Source: an uncultured Gemmatimonadaceae bacterium
GTDB lineage: Bacteria; Gemmatimonadota; Gemmatimonadetes; Gemmatimonadales; Gemmatimonadaceae
Reading direction: 5' to 3'
Length of the DNA: 64,000 bases
Assembly (NCBI GenBank): GCA_963751275.1
Contig: CAVVTZ010000009.1
Coordinates: 32,001-96,000, forward strand
Shown: positions 1-10,616 of the stretch, piece after piece
Position numbering within the stretch: the first letter of the stretch is position 1
How the letters are laid out: each line of letters starts with the position of its first letter
Made by a program: the position numbers and the translations under genes
Notes under the pieces: generated by a model
Told to the model about the DNA's origin: nothing
What the model saw: only the letters and a program-made list of their open reading frames with translations
Database searches by the model: none

Positions 1-1546
1 TCGCGCGGCGCGCTGCCTCCTTGGCCTTGGGCATCGCTTCCGATGGCGCCACCGCGCCGTAGACCGCGAGCAATCCCCAGGCCTCGGCCTCGCCGGCGAA
101 CGCGAGCGCGTAGCCGGCGTCGCGCTCGCGTGCCGACGTGTAGTACTCGATCGCCTTGTTCAAACCGGTCTCGGTGCGGCGGTTCGCCATGTGGCGCCCG
201 CGCAGCAGCAGCTCGTACGTGCCGGGATCGGCGGCGGCGCGCGGCGCCATGCCGCCGCCGAGCAACGAGACTTCGAGCGTGCTCGCGATCGCCTGCGCGA
301 TCTCGTCCTGGATCGCGAACACATCGCCCGACTCGCGGTCGAACTGTTCGAACCAGAGGCGATAGCCGTCGGCGACGTTGATGAGCTGCGCGGTGATGCG
401 CAGCCGCGCGCCGGCGCGGCGCACGCTCCCCTCGAGGATCGTGCGCACGCCCAGGCGCGCGCCGATGCCGCGGACATCCTCGGACTTGCCCTTGAACGCG
501 AACACCGAGGTGCGCGCGACGACGCGCAGCTGCCGGAGGCGCGTGAGGGCGTTGATGATCTCCTCGGTCATGCCGTCGGAGAAGAACTCGTTGTCGGGAT
601 CGGCGCTCATGTTCGCGAAGGGGAGCACCGCGATCGACGGCATGCCCTCTGTGGGCGCGGCGGCCTCTGCGCTGGTGACCGCGCCGCCCTCGAGGGCCGC
701 GGCGAACTCGCCGGCGGTGGCGAAGCGGTCGGCCGGGTCGCGTGCGAGGGCGCGCTGGGCCGCGCGCTCGGCGCTCTCGGGCGCGTCGGGGCGCAGGCGG
801 CGGAGCAGGGGCGCGTCCTCGATGAAGCGGCGCGCGAGCGTCACCTGCGCCGATGGACCGGCGAAGGGCGGCGCGCCAGTGAGCATCTCGTAGAGCACCA
901 CGCCGAGGCTGTAGATGTCAGTGCGGCCGTCGAGCTGCTCGTCGCCGGCGGCCTGTTCGAGGCTCATATAGGCGGGCGTGCCGAGGACGAACCCCGCCTC
1001 GGTGGTGTGCGAGAGCGCATCCTGCTGGCCGCTCGTGCGGTGCGGGCCGGTGGACGCGCTCATCGCCTTGCCGATGCCGAAATCCGCGACCACCGCGTGC
1101 CCCGATGCCATGAGGATGTTCTCGGGTTTGATGTCGCGGTGCACGACGCCCACGGCGTGCGCGTAGTTGAGCGCGTCGGCCACTTCGCGTGTGATGCGGA
1201 TCGCGTCGGCGACCGGCAGGCGCTGCTCGCGCAGCAGGCGGTCGCGCAGCGACTCGCCGGGCACGAAGGGCATCACGTAGTACGGAAGGTCGCCGGCGCG
1301 GCCGGAGTCGATGAGCGGCACGATGTTCGGGTGCATCAGGCGCGCCGCGATCTGGATCTCGCGCAGGAAGCGCTCGACGCTCACGGCGGGCGCGATCTCG
1401 GGGAGGAGCACCTTGATCGCGACGCGGCGGTCATGCTTGCGGTCGTGGGCCAGGAAGACCGTCGCGGAGCCGCCGCGCCCGAGCTCGCGCTCGATCGCAT
1501 AACTCCCCGCGAGCGCAACTTCCAATCCCTGGCGCCACTCGGTCAT
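1..1546 (-). CDS. Ser/Thr protein kinase with TolB-like/TPR C-terminal region (3' end runs off the window)
   Basis: My translation of the minus strand from the ATG at 1546 (AGGAG upstream) reads MTEWRQGLEVALAGSYAIERELGRGGSATVFLAHDRKHDRRVAIKVL, then HRDIKPEN, DFGIGK, GTPAYMSLEQ, then AVLPFANMSADPDNEFFSDGMTEEIINAL. It is absent from the ORF track because it is truncated. Confidence 0.92.
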   Translation of the reverse strand, partial: MTEWRQGLEVALAGSYAIERELGRGGSATVFLAHDRKHDRRVAIKVLLPEIAPAVSVERFLREIQIAARLMHPNIVPLIDSGRAGDLPYYVMPFVPGESLRDRLLREQRLPVADAIRITREVADALNYAHAVGVVHRDIKPENILMASGHAVVADFGIGKAMSASTGPHRTSGQQDALSHTTEAGFVLGTPAYMSLEQAAGDEQLDGRTDIYSLGVVLYEMLTGAPPFAGPSAQVTLARRFIEDAPLLRRLRPDAPESAERAAQRALARDPADRFATAGEFAAALEGGAVTSAEAAAPTEGMPSIAVLPFANMSADPDNEFFSDGMTEEIINALTRLRQLRVVARTSVFAFKGKSEDVRGIGARLGVRTILEGSVRRAGARLRITAQLINVADGYRLWFEQFDRESGDVFAIQDEIAQAIASTLEVSLLGGGMAPRAAADPGTYELLLRGRHMANRRTETGLNKAIEYYTSARERDAGYALAFAGEAEAWGLLAVYGAVAPSEAMPKAKEAARRA

Positions 1547-1698
1547 CGGCAACGGATCTCCTGTCGGGCAGCCCAAAGGTAGGAACGCGAGTGGGGAGCG
1601 TCCAGCCGCGGCGCTTGCACGGGTGCGCACGGGCCGGTCTATTTGCGCGAGCGAGGCGCCGCGCCGGCGCCGCATCCCCTTCTCCAACGGGAATCCGA

Positions 1699-3508
1699 AT
1701 GGCGCGCATCGTTCTTAGGACGGCGATCGTTGCCGGCACCCTGGCGCTGCTGACGCAGCTGCTCCCCGTGCCGCCCGCTGGGGCGCGCGCGCGGCGCGCG
1801 CCGGCGGCCGGACTCAAGGTGGGCATCTCGTTCGCGGAGGCGCAGAGCGCGGCGCCGCTCGACGGGCGCATGCTGCTGCTGATTTCGACCGACAGCAGCG
1901 CGGAACCGCGCTTCCAGATCACTGACGGCACGGCGACACAGCAGGCGTTCGGCGTGGATGTGGACGGTCTCGCGCCGGGGCAGGAAGCGATGTTCGACGC
2001 GAATGTGCTGGGCATATCCGGTGGCGAGCCTCGCCGGCGTGAAAGCCGGGGACTATTGGGTGCAGGGATTGCTGCACGTGTACACGACCTATCACCGCGC
2101 CGACGGGCACGTCGTGAAGCTGCCGGCCGACCGCGGCGAGGGGCAGCAGTGGAACCTCGCGCCGGGGAATCTGTACAGCACGCCGCGCCGGGTGCACATC
2201 GATCCGTCGAGCGCCGAGCCGCTGCACATCGTGCTCGACCGGAAGATCGGACCGGTACCCGTGGTGAAGGACACCAAGTACGTGAAGCACGTGCGTTTCC
2301 TGAGCGAGAGGCTCACGAAGTTCTGGGGGACGCCCACGTACCTCGGCGCCATCGTCGTCTTGCCCGAGGGATGGGACACTCATCCGAACGCGCATTATCC
2401 GCTGGCGCTCGCGCACGGGCACTTCGAGGATGATGACGACGCGTTCCGCGAGACGCCGCCCGACACGACGCTGCCGATGTACGACTTGGACAGCATCAAC
2501 CTGCACTGCCCCAACGGCCATGAAGGCGCATGGTGCACGAAGTTCGGCTACGAGCGGTTCGCGCAGGTGATGGCGTACAAGTTCTTCCAGCAGTGGACGT
2601 CGAAGACGGCGAAATTCCCGCGCGTGATCAAGCTCACGATCCAGCACGCGAACCAGTATTACGACGATTCATACGCCGTGAACTCCGAGAATCTCGGGCC
2701 GTACGGTGACGCGATCAATTATGAGCTGCTGCCGTTCATCGAGAAGACGTACCGCGGGCTGGGTCCCTGGGCGCGCGCGACGTACGGCGGATCGACCGGC
2801 GGGTGGGAGGCGCTGAGCGCGCAGGTGATGTATCCCGATCTGTACAACGGGACGTACGCGAACTGTCCCGACCCGATCGATTTCCACGCCTACACGACGA
2901 TCGACCTCTACGACGACGCCAACGCGTTCTTCGCGATCGGGCCGTGGCGCACCACGCCGCGGCCGGCGGAGCGGGATTACCTGGGCCGCACGCGCGCGAC
3001 GGTGGAGCAGGTGAATACCCGCGAGCTGGTGCTGGGCACGCACTCGCGCTCGGGTGGACAGTGGGATATCTGGGAGGCCGTCTTCTCGCCGGTGGGAACC
3101 GACGGCTACCCGCAGCGGATCTATGACAAGCGCACGGGCACGATCGATCCGAAGGTGGCGGCATACTGGAAAGAGCACTACGATCTCGTGAACATCATGC
3201 GGCGCGATTGGGCGACGCTCGGGCCGAAGCTGCAGGGGAAGATCAATATCAATGTCGGGTTGTCGGACAATTTCTTTCTCAATGACGCGGTCTATTATGC
3301 GCAGGGGTTCCTTGCCGATGCGAAGCATCCTGCGTCCGGCGCGAAGTTCGATTACGGGATGAGGGATGAGCATTGTTGGAGCGGGGATCATTCCGTCTCC
3401 AATGCCGTTTCGCGGTTGACCTACGATTCCAGGTTCATTCCGATGATGGCGGTGCATTGGACTTCGACGGCACCCAAGGGGGCGGACGTGGTTTCTTGGA
3501 AGTACTGA
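1699..3508 (+). CDS. Secreted putative esterase (alpha/beta hydrolase); frameshift near 2012
   Basis: A signal-like N-terminus (MARIVLRTAIVAG...) in ORF 1591..2433 continues after a 1-nt indel (LG|YP) in ORF 1958..3508, which carries the GGSTGG nucleophile motif and YAVNSENLGPYGDA. Confidence 0.8.
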
Positions 3509-3587
3509 ACTGCGAGTCGACAGTCGACAGTGATGGCATGACGACTTTGAACGGCAACGGCGTGTGCAGTGAGTAGTTCGTAGGCAG

Positions 3588-3613
3588 CGAGTCCCGAGTC
3601 CCGAATCCCGAGT
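3588..3613. repeat. Solo heptamer array (CGAGTCC)n, arm of family B hairpin elements
   Basis: cgagtcc cgagtcc cgaatcc cgagt immediately upstream of pgl. Confidence 0.8.
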
Positions 3614-3623
3614 ACTTTAGGTC

Positions 3624-4346
3624 ATGCCCGACGACAGCGCGCCACAGCTCGAGACCTTCGCTTCGTTCGATACGCTCTCCCTCGGTGCGGCGGAGCGCAT
3701 CGCGCATGCGGCGCGCGCGGCGGTGTACAGCCGGAAGCGGTTCCGGCTCGTGCTGTCGGGCGGGGAGCAGTTGCGCGCGCTCTACCGGCGCCTCGCGGAC
3801 GAGTATCACGACCGCATCCAATGGCCACAGGCAACGGTGTTCTTCGCCGATGAGCGATGCGTGCCGGCGCACAATTCCGAGAGCAATTACGCGATGGCGG
3901 CCGGTGCGCTCCTCTCGCACGTGCCGATCGCGAAGCGCAACGAGCACCGGCTCACGGGCGAGCTCGATGCCGCCGATGCGGCGCGCACGTACGAAAAGGA
4001 ATTGCGGAAGGAATGTCCGGTGGCCGAGGAGCCGGCGTTCGATGTGCTGCTGCTGAACGTCGGCGAGGATGGCAGCGTCGCATCGCTCTTCCCCGGCAGT
4101 CCGTCGCTGGAGGAGCACGAGCGATGGGTGCTGCCCGTGCGCGCGCCGGCGACGGAGACGACCGCCGAGCGGATCACGCTGACGCTGCCGATCCTCAACC
4201 GCGCGCGCGAGGTGATCCTGATCGCGGCCGGCGCGGCGCGCGCCGCGATCGCGCGCGCCGTGCTGGCGCGGGACCCCGCCGCGCTCGAGCTCCCCGCCGC
4301 GATGGTGCGGGGGCTCGAGAAGACGGTGTGGCTGACTACTCCTTAG
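3624..4346 (+). CDS. pgl: 6-phosphogluconolactonase
   Basis: Motifs LVLSGG, FFADERCVP, SNY, FDVLLLNVGEDG.VASLFP and RITLTLP.LN.AR. Confidence 0.88.
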   Translation: MPDDSAPQLETFASFDTLSLGAAERIAHAARAAVYSRKRFRLVLSGGEQLRALYRRLADEYHDRIQWPQATVFFADERCVPAHNSESNYAMAAGALLSHVPIAKRNEHRLTGELDAADAARTYEKELRKECPVAEEPAFDVLLLNVGEDGSVASLFPGSPSLEEHERWVLPVRAPATETTAERITLTLPILNRAREVILIAAGAARAAIARAVLARDPAALELPAAMVRGLEKTVWLTTP

Positions 4347-4505
4347 GGCGTCTGTAGGCCCTAGTACCGCTTGAAGGGCGCGTCTGGGAGGCAGCGTGTG
4401 GTACCACGCGGCGTGAGTAGCGCAGTCCCCCACTCACGCCGAGCCGTACTAGACGCTGCGTCCCAGACGCGCCCTTCAAGTGGTACTAGGGCCTAGATAC
4501 GCCCT
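4345..4505. repeat. Family A long palindromic element, copy 1 (74-bp arms, 13-nt loop)
   Basis: agggcg...ctagtaccgcttgaagggcgcgtctgggaggcagcgtgtggtac...gagt pairs with actc...gtactagacgctgcgtcccagacgcgcccttcaagtggtactag...cgccct; lies between convergent genes. Confidence 0.95.
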
Positions 4506-4512
4506 TCCTGAG

Positions 4513-7500
4513 TTATGGAGTGACCGCCGGGACCTTCAGCTCGACCATCATCGCGTTGAACGCCGCCAGCTCCTTGTCCTCGAGGCTCTTGAGGATCGCC
4601 TGCTGCGCGCGCGTCTGCTTCACGAGATCGTCCAGCGACGTGACCATCCCCGCGGTGGGCGGATCGTCGGAGCCCTGGATCATCGCGTTCAGCGTCAACA
4701 GCTGGTTGTAGATCCGCACCGGGTACACCAGCGTGATCTCGTCCGCGTGCGAATTCACCTCGGCGAGATCGCCGCGCACCACCTCGAGCTTGACGCGCAG
4801 CGCCTTCGCGGCGTCGGCCACGCGCGTCGCGTACGTCTGAGCTGATGTCTGCGTAATACGCTCGTCGAGCTGGCGCTGGATGCTCTGGATCCGGGTGACG
4901 GCGGTGCTCACGGAGTCGATCGCGGCGTGCACCTGCATCGCGAAGGCGAACTGCGCGGCGTAGCCGGCGGGGGTGGTCTTGAGACGGGGATCGCCGACCA
5001 CCGTGAACGTGCGGGTCATGCTGTCCTTGCCGGCGACGAGGCGCACCGAGTAGCGGCCGGGACTCGCCGGCGGGCCATCGACGAACCCTTCGTCATCCAC
5101 GATGTCCGCGAGCTTCTTCGCGCCGGGATACTTGAGGTCCCACACGAAGCGGTTGCCGCCGGCGTGCGCGGCCACCACCGAGTCGGCGGGCTCGTAGAAC
5201 GCGCTGTCCTCCTGCTCGCGCTGGCGGTACGACAGGCGCGCCATCGCCGCGCTGTCCGTCACGCCGCTGTCGGACTTCGCCTTGCTGCTCTTGTAGCTGC
5301 GGATCACGGTGCCCGCGGAATCGAACAGCGTGAGCGTGACCGTGCCCGCCGGCGGCGTCTTGAGCCAGTAGTCGAGGATCAGCCCGGTGGGCGGGTTCGG
5401 CGCGACGTTCTCGCCGCGGCCGCGGCCGCCTGCGAAGCGTTGCGCCGGCGCCGGCGCGAAGACGAACAGGTTCGCCTTCCGCACGGAGTCCGCGATCTGA
5501 CGGAGCGGTGTGATGTCATCGAGCGCCCAGAAGGAACGGCCGTGCGTGGCCACGAGCAGGTCGGCGCCATGGATCGTGAAATCGCGCATCGACGAATGCG
5601 GCAGGTTCATCTGCAGCGATTGCCAGTGCGCGCCGTCATCGAAGGAGACGTACACCGAGCTCTCGGTGCCCGCGAAGAGCAGCCCGCGGCGCACGGGATC
5701 CTCGCGGATCGTGCGCGTGAAGTCGTTCTCCGGGATGCCGGTCGTGATGCGCGTCCAGGTCTTGCCGTAATCGGTGGTCTTGAGCAGGTACGGATGGAAG
5801 TCATCCTGCTGGTTGCGGATCACCGCGAGGTACGCGGCGCCCGCGTCGAAGTGCGACGGCTCGACGATGTTCATCTTCGCGTACTTGCCGAGGTTCGGCG
5901 GCGTGACGTTCTGCCAGGTCGCGCCGGCGTCCTTGGAGACGTGGAGCAGTCCATCATCGGAGCCGGCCCAGAGCACGCCGGCCTTCACCGGCGACTCCGC
6001 GAAGGTGAACACGGTGGCGTACCACTCGGTGCCGGTCATGTCGTAGGTGATCGGGCCGCCCGACGGTCCCATGGTGGCGGGATCGTGCAGGGTGAGGTCC
6101 GGGCTGATGGCCTTCCACGTCTGCCCTTCGTCGGTCGTCATGAAGACCTTCTGCGCACCGACGTAGAGGCGCTTGTTGTCATGTGGCGAGTAGATGATCG
6201 GGAAGGTCCACGCGAAGCGGTACGGTACGTCCTTCACCGCGTAGCCGTCCCAGTTGTTCACGCCGAGCGAGATGTCCTGCGTCTGCTTCGTGGCGTGGTC
6301 GTAGCGCGTGATGGTGCCCATGTAGCTCGACCCGATCACGATGTTCGGCTCGCCGGCCTTCACCGCAATGTAGCCGCTCTCGCCGCCGCCCACCGCCCAG
6401 AAATCACGGATGCCGATGGCGCCATCGTCGGACATGCTCGCGATCGACACGCTCGAGTTGTCCTGTTGCGAACCGTACACGCGGTACGGGAACTGGTCGT
6501 CGGTGACCACGTGATAGAACTGCGCGGTGGGCTGCGTGTACACGCTGGACCACGTCACGCCATGGTCCATGCTGATCTGCGCGCCGCCGTCGTTGCCGTT
6601 GATCATCCGGTTCTGATCGTGCGGATCGATCCACATGATGTGCGTGTCGCCGTGCGGCACGCGCACGCGCTGGAAGGTCCGGCCGCCGTCGATGGACCGC
6701 ATCACGCCGAGGTTCATCACGTAGACGGTGTTCGGGTCAAGCGGGTCGGCAGTCAGCAAGGAGTAGTACCACGCGCGCACGCGGAAGCCCTGGTCGCTGT
6801 TCACGCGCTTCCACGTCGCGCCCGCGTCATCGGAGCGGAAGATGCCGCCCGCGCTGTCGGGCGCCTCGACGCTGGCGTACACGCGCCGCGGCTGCGCGGG
6901 CGAGACGCTCATGCCAATGCGGCCGAGTGGCGTGGCGGGGAGTCCGGGATTCGCGGAGAGTTCCTTCCACGAGTCGCCGCCGTCGATGGATTTCCAGAGG
7001 CCGCTCTTGCCGCCGCCGGCGTCCAGCCCCCACGGCGTGCGGCGCGCGCGCCACATCGAGGCGTAGAGGATGCGCGGGTTCGACGGGTCCATCGCGAGGT
7101 CGATCGCGCCGGTGTTCTCATCGAGATACAGCACTTTCTTCCAGCTGCGCCCGCCGTCGGTGGTGCGGAAGACGCCGCGCATCGCATTGGGTCCGAAGGC
7201 GTGTCCCATTGCCGCGACGTACGCAATGTCCGGATCGCGCGGATGCACGCGGATCACGCCGATGTGCCGTGAGTCGTCGAGACCCAAGTGCTGCCAGGTC
7301 TCGCCGCCGTCGGTGGAGCGCCAGACGCCATCGCCGTGCGTGAGGTCTTCGCGCCAGTCGGTCTCGCCGGTGCCCACCCAGATCACGTTCGGATCGCTGG
7401 GCGCGATCGCGATGGCGCCGACGGACGCGATCGTCGACTTGCCGTCGGAGATGTTCGTCCAGCTCTGGCCCGCGTTCGTGGTGCGCCACACGCCGCCGTC

Positions 7501-7737
7501 CACCGCGCCCATGTAGAATTCCCCGCGGCGAGTGGGGTGTCCCGCGACGGCCACCGCTCGTCCTCCACGGAAGGGTCCGACGAGCCGCCACGTGAGTCCG
7601 CGGAGCGCGGGATCGTAGGCCGGGCGCGCGGTGTCGGGCTTGGACTGCGCACCGGCTGAGGCGGCGGCGAGGAGAGCGAGTGCGGCGAAGGCACGGCGGG
7701 CTGGAACAGCGAGCATTTTGGGGCTCCGGAGGCTCAT
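4513..7737 (-). CDS. Secreted BNR/VPS10 (sortilin-like) repeat beta-propeller protein, glycosyl hydrolase-like
   Basis: 1074 aa with a signal peptide, WRLVGPFRGGR, many S/T-x-D-G-G-x-T/S-W BNR repeats and a helical C-terminal region. Confidence 0.88.
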   Translation of the reverse strand: MSLRSPKMLAVPARRAFAALALLAAASAGAQSKPDTARPAYDPALRGLTWRLVGPFRGGRAVAVAGHPTRRGEFYMGAVDGGVWRTTNAGQSWTNISDGKSTIASVGAIAIAPSDPNVIWVGTGETDWREDLTHGDGVWRSTDGGETWQHLGLDDSRHIGVIRVHPRDPDIAYVAAMGHAFGPNAMRGVFRTTDGGRSWKKVLYLDENTGAIDLAMDPSNPRILYASMWRARRTPWGLDAGGGKSGLWKSIDGGDSWKELSANPGLPATPLGRIGMSVSPAQPRRVYASVEAPDSAGGIFRSDDAGATWKRVNSDQGFRVRAWYYSLLTADPLDPNTVYVMNLGVMRSIDGGRTFQRVRVPHGDTHIMWIDPHDQNRMINGNDGGAQISMDHGVTWSSVYTQPTAQFYHVVTDDQFPYRVYGSQQDNSSVSIASMSDDGAIGIRDFWAVGGGESGYIAVKAGEPNIVIGSSYMGTITRYDHATKQTQDISLGVNNWDGYAVKDVPYRFAWTFPIIYSPHDNKRLYVGAQKVFMTTDEGQTWKAISPDLTLHDPATMGPSGGPITYDMTGTEWYATVFTFAESPVKAGVLWAGSDDGLLHVSKDAGATWQNVTPPNLGKYAKMNIVEPSHFDAGAAYLAVIRNQQDDFHPYLLKTTDYGKTWTRITTGIPENDFTRTIREDPVRRGLLFAGTESSVYVSFDDGAHWQSLQMNLPHSSMRDFTIHGADLLVATHGRSFWALDDITPLRQIADSVRKANLFVFAPAPAQRFAGGRGRGENVAPNPPTGLILDYWLKTPPAGTVTLTLFDSAGTVIRSYKSSKAKSDSGVTDSAAMARLSYRQREQEDSAFYEPADSVVAAHAGGNRFVWDLKYPGAKKLADIVDDEGFVDGPPASPGRYSVRLVAGKDSMTRTFTVVGDPRLKTTPAGYAAQFAFAMQVHAAIDSVSTAVTRIQSIQRQLDERITQTSAQTYATRVADAAKALRVKLEVVRGDLAEVNSHADEITLVYPVRIYNQLLTLNAMIQGSDDPPTAGMVTSLDDLVKQTRAQQAILKSLEDKELAAFNAMMVELKVPAVTP

Positions 7738-7785
7738 GGGGGACGGCGCGAATCTTACGCCGCGGCGGGCGGGGGCGCTATGCTA

Positions 7786-7815
7786 CTACTCGGGAATCGG
7801 GATTCGGGACTCGGG
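7786..7815. repeat. Solo heptamer array (GGGACTC-like), arm of family B
   Basis: ctactcgggaatcgggattcgggactcggg; its end overlaps the GGGAG upstream of the GTG at 7824. Confidence 0.8.
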
Positions 7816-7823
7816 AGCCAATA

Positions 7824-9143
7824 GTGAATAGGAAACGCGTCCTCTTCGCCGGCATCGTCTTCCTCGGCGCGTTCGCCGCCGGGTCGGTCGCGCGCGTGGA
7901 TACGCGGGCGGGGGTGCGGGCGTTGGAGGGTAAGATGCGCAGCGTGACGGGCCCCAAGTTCCCGGAGGGGGATACGCTCGCGATCGCCGACACCCTGTTC
8001 GCGCGCTGTGGGAAGACCGACATGCGGATGAAGGAGCGCTGCTACCAGCCGCAGGTGCTCGCGCTGCGCGAGCAGCGCGGGACGCGCTTCGCCATGGGCG
8101 CGCTGCACCGGCTCATCGCGCTCGACCGCGACGTGGCGTACAACGGCCACGACTACGCGCACATGATCGGGATCACGACCTTCAAGGCGTCCAACGATTT
8201 CTCGTCGTCGTTCAAGAGCTGCACGGAGATCCTGCAGTCGGGCTGCTACCACGGCGTGATCCAGACCTACCTCATGAGCTTCCCGAACGTGGGAGCGCCC
8301 GAGGTGAATTCCGTGTGCCGCGAATACACGACGCCCGACGCGGACCGCTGGCTGCGGTTCCAGTGCGTGCACGGCATGGGGCACGGACTCACAATGTTCT
8401 ACGACCACGACCTGCCGCGGGCGCTCAAGGGCTGCGACATGCTGAGCGAAGAATGGGACCGGAAATCCTGCTATGGCGGCGCCTTCATGGAGAACATCGT
8501 GTTCGCGACCGATCCCAGCATGGCGAACATGGTGATGGGCACGGAGGAGGCGGGCGGGAAGATGGACATGCCGATGAACGATCACGGCACCGCGAAGCCG
8601 AAGTTCAAGATGATCGACCGGGCCGATCCGTTCTTCCCATGCTCCGCGCTCGGTGACCAGTACCAGGCGGACTGCTGGCAGATGCAGCCGGCCGTGATGA
8701 TGTACCTGTTCGACGGGGACTGGACGAAGTCGTTCGCGGCGTGCGACAAAGCGCCGGAGCGCTGGCGCGCCGAGTGCTACCAGGGACTCGGCACCACGAT
8801 CAGCGGCGGCACGATCCAGGATCACGGCGACGCGATCCGTCTCTGCTCGCGCGGCAGCGAACGATACCAGCCGTGGTGCTATGAAGGCGTCGTGAAGAAC
8901 TTCATCGACGTGACCGCGAAGTCCGAGGATGGGATCTCCTTCTGCAAGGTCGTGCCCGGGCTCGCGAACCGCTTGAAGTGTTATCAGAGCGTGGGCGAGG
9001 AGATCGCGGTGCTGCGCAACGCGCTCGACGACCGGAAGCCGCTGTGCAATGTGATCACCGGGGATCCCGCCGGCCTCGCGGCGTGCTTGTACGGCGCGCA
9101 ACTCACCACGGAGCCGCCGCGCGGATTGCCGGTTGCCGGCTAG
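7824..9143 (+). CDS. Exported Cys/His-rich protein of unknown function
   Basis: GTG start with GGGAG RBS and N-terminal hydrophobic segment; repeated CYHG, CVHGMGHG, CYGGAFME, CYQG, CYEG units; Met-rich linker. Confidence 0.75.
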   Translation: MNRKRVLFAGIVFLGAFAAGSVARVDTRAGVRALEGKMRSVTGPKFPEGDTLAIADTLFARCGKTDMRMKERCYQPQVLALREQRGTRFAMGALHRLIALDRDVAYNGHDYAHMIGITTFKASNDFSSSFKSCTEILQSGCYHGVIQTYLMSFPNVGAPEVNSVCREYTTPDADRWLRFQCVHGMGHGLTMFYDHDLPRALKGCDMLSEEWDRKSCYGGAFMENIVFATDPSMANMVMGTEEAGGKMDMPMNDHGTAKPKFKMIDRADPFFPCSALGDQYQADCWQMQPAVMMYLFDGDWTKSFAACDKAPERWRAECYQGLGTTISGGTIQDHGDAIRLCSRGSERYQPWCYEGVVKNFIDVTAKSEDGISFCKVVPGLANRLKCYQSVGEEIAVLRNALDDRKPLCNVITGDPAGLAACLYGAQLTTEPPRGLPVAG

Positions 9144-9164
9144 TGCGCTGACGCCGGGCGTGCC

Positions 9165-10484
9165 GTGAAGCTCCAGCGGACGCTTGGAACGCTGGCGCTC
9201 GTCTTCGTGCTGTTCTTCTGCACGTCGGGCGGCGCGTTCACCACCGAGACGCTCGTCGCGAACGTCGGCCCCGGACTCGCGCTCGCCGTGCTCGTCGCCG
9301 TGCCCATCCTCTGGTCGCTGCCGGAAGTGCTGATCATTGGCGAGCTCGCGAGCATGCTCCCCGAGGAGGGCGGCTACTACAAGTGGGTGCGCCGCGCGTT
9401 CGGACCGTTCTGGGCGTTCCAGAACGGATGGCTCACGTGGATGTATTCGCTCGTGGACATGGCGCTCTATCCGGTGCTGTTCAACCAGTATCTCGCCTAC
9501 TTCGTGCCGGGGCTCGGCATGGAGGCGCGGTGGGCGGTGTCGCTCGCGGTGATCTGGATCCCCACCGCGATGAACCTCGCCGGTGCGCGATTCGTGGGGC
9601 GCGTGTCCATCGTGGCGGGCTCGTTCATCGTGCTCGGGTTCCTCGCGGTGGCCGCGGCCGCGGCGCCGCACATCACGCACGTGCCGTGGGCGCCCTTCGC
9701 GAAGGGCGGGCAGGGAACGATGGGCGCGATCGGCGTGGGGTTGTCGCTCGCCCTCTGGAATTACACCGGTTGGGACAACGCGAGCACCGTGCAGGGTGAG
9801 GTGGTGGACGCATCGCGCAGCTACCCGCGCGCGCTGATGTTCGGATTGCCGCTGGTGATGCTCGGCTATCTCATCCCGCTCACCGCCACGCTCGGCGCGA
9901 GCGACTGGACCACATGGACCGAGGGTGGATGGCCGGAGATCGCGCGCGCGACCGGCGGCGCCTTCGGGCCGCTGCTCGCGACGTGGATCGCGCTCGCCGG
10001 ACTCGTGAGCGCGCTGGCGCTGTTCAACGCGCTGCTGCTGGCGTACTCGCGCGTGCCGCTGGCGATGGCGGATGATGGACTGTTGCCCGCGTTCCTCGCG
10101 CGCACCGACGCGCGCGGCACGCCGCGGAACGCCGTGCTCGCGAGCGCGGTCTGTTACTCGGTGTTCGCGGTCATCTCGCTGCAGGGATTGGTCGTGGCGG
10201 ACGTCCTGCTCTATGCGCTCGCGCTCTTCCTGGAGTTCGGCGCGCTGATCCGCCTGCGCGTGCGCGAGCCGGCATTGCGCGGATCGTTCCGCATCCCCAC
10301 GGGCACCGCGGGCGTAACCATGCTCGCAGTGATCCCGATGCTGGTGCTCATCGCGGTGGTATGGCTGGAAATGCAGGACGGGGAATTCGGATTCCCGGCG
10401 GTGATCGGGGCGCTCGCGGCGGCGGCGCTGGGGCCTCTCATGTACAAGATCGTAAAGGCGCGTGTGGGCTCTAGTACCGCTTGA
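9165..10484 (+). CDS. APC-superfamily amino acid/polyamine permease
   Basis: About 12 TM segments; ELASMLPEEGGYYKWV and WNYTGWDNAST motifs. Confidence 0.88.
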   Translation: MKLQRTLGTLALVFVLFFCTSGGAFTTETLVANVGPGLALAVLVAVPILWSLPEVLIIGELASMLPEEGGYYKWVRRAFGPFWAFQNGWLTWMYSLVDMALYPVLFNQYLAYFVPGLGMEARWAVSLAVIWIPTAMNLAGARFVGRVSIVAGSFIVLGFLAVAAAAAPHITHVPWAPFAKGGQGTMGAIGVGLSLALWNYTGWDNASTVQGEVVDASRSYPRALMFGLPLVMLGYLIPLTATLGASDWTTWTEGGWPEIARATGGAFGPLLATWIALAGLVSALALFNALLLAYSRVPLAMADDGLLPAFLARTDARGTPRNAVLASAVCYSVFAVISLQGLVVADVLLYALALFLEFGALIRLRVREPALRGSFRIPTGTAGVTMLAVIPMLVLIAVVWLEMQDGEFGFPAVIGALAAAALGPLMYKIVKARVGSSTA

Positions 10485-10616
10485 ACGGCGCGTCTGGGAG
10501 GCAGCGTGTGGTACGGCTCGGCGTGAGTGGGGACTGCTCTACTCACGCCGAGTCGTACCACACGCTGCCTCCCAGACGCGCCGCTCAAGCGTTACGAGGG
10601 CCTACACGCGCCGTTA
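10453..10616. repeat. Family A element, copy 2 (inverted relative to copy 1); contains the stop codons of both flanking genes
   Basis: Arms match copy 1; the loop ggggactgctct is close to the reverse complement of the copy-1 loop. It overlaps TGA 10482-10484 and minus-strand TAA 10614-10616. Confidence 0.95.

Noticed and set aside
191..1582. Long antisense or alternative-frame ORFs (e.g. 191..1582, 4927..7272, 7755..9680, 26842..29220)
   Set aside because: They are shadow ORFs typical of high-GC DNA, opposite genes with clear family motifs.
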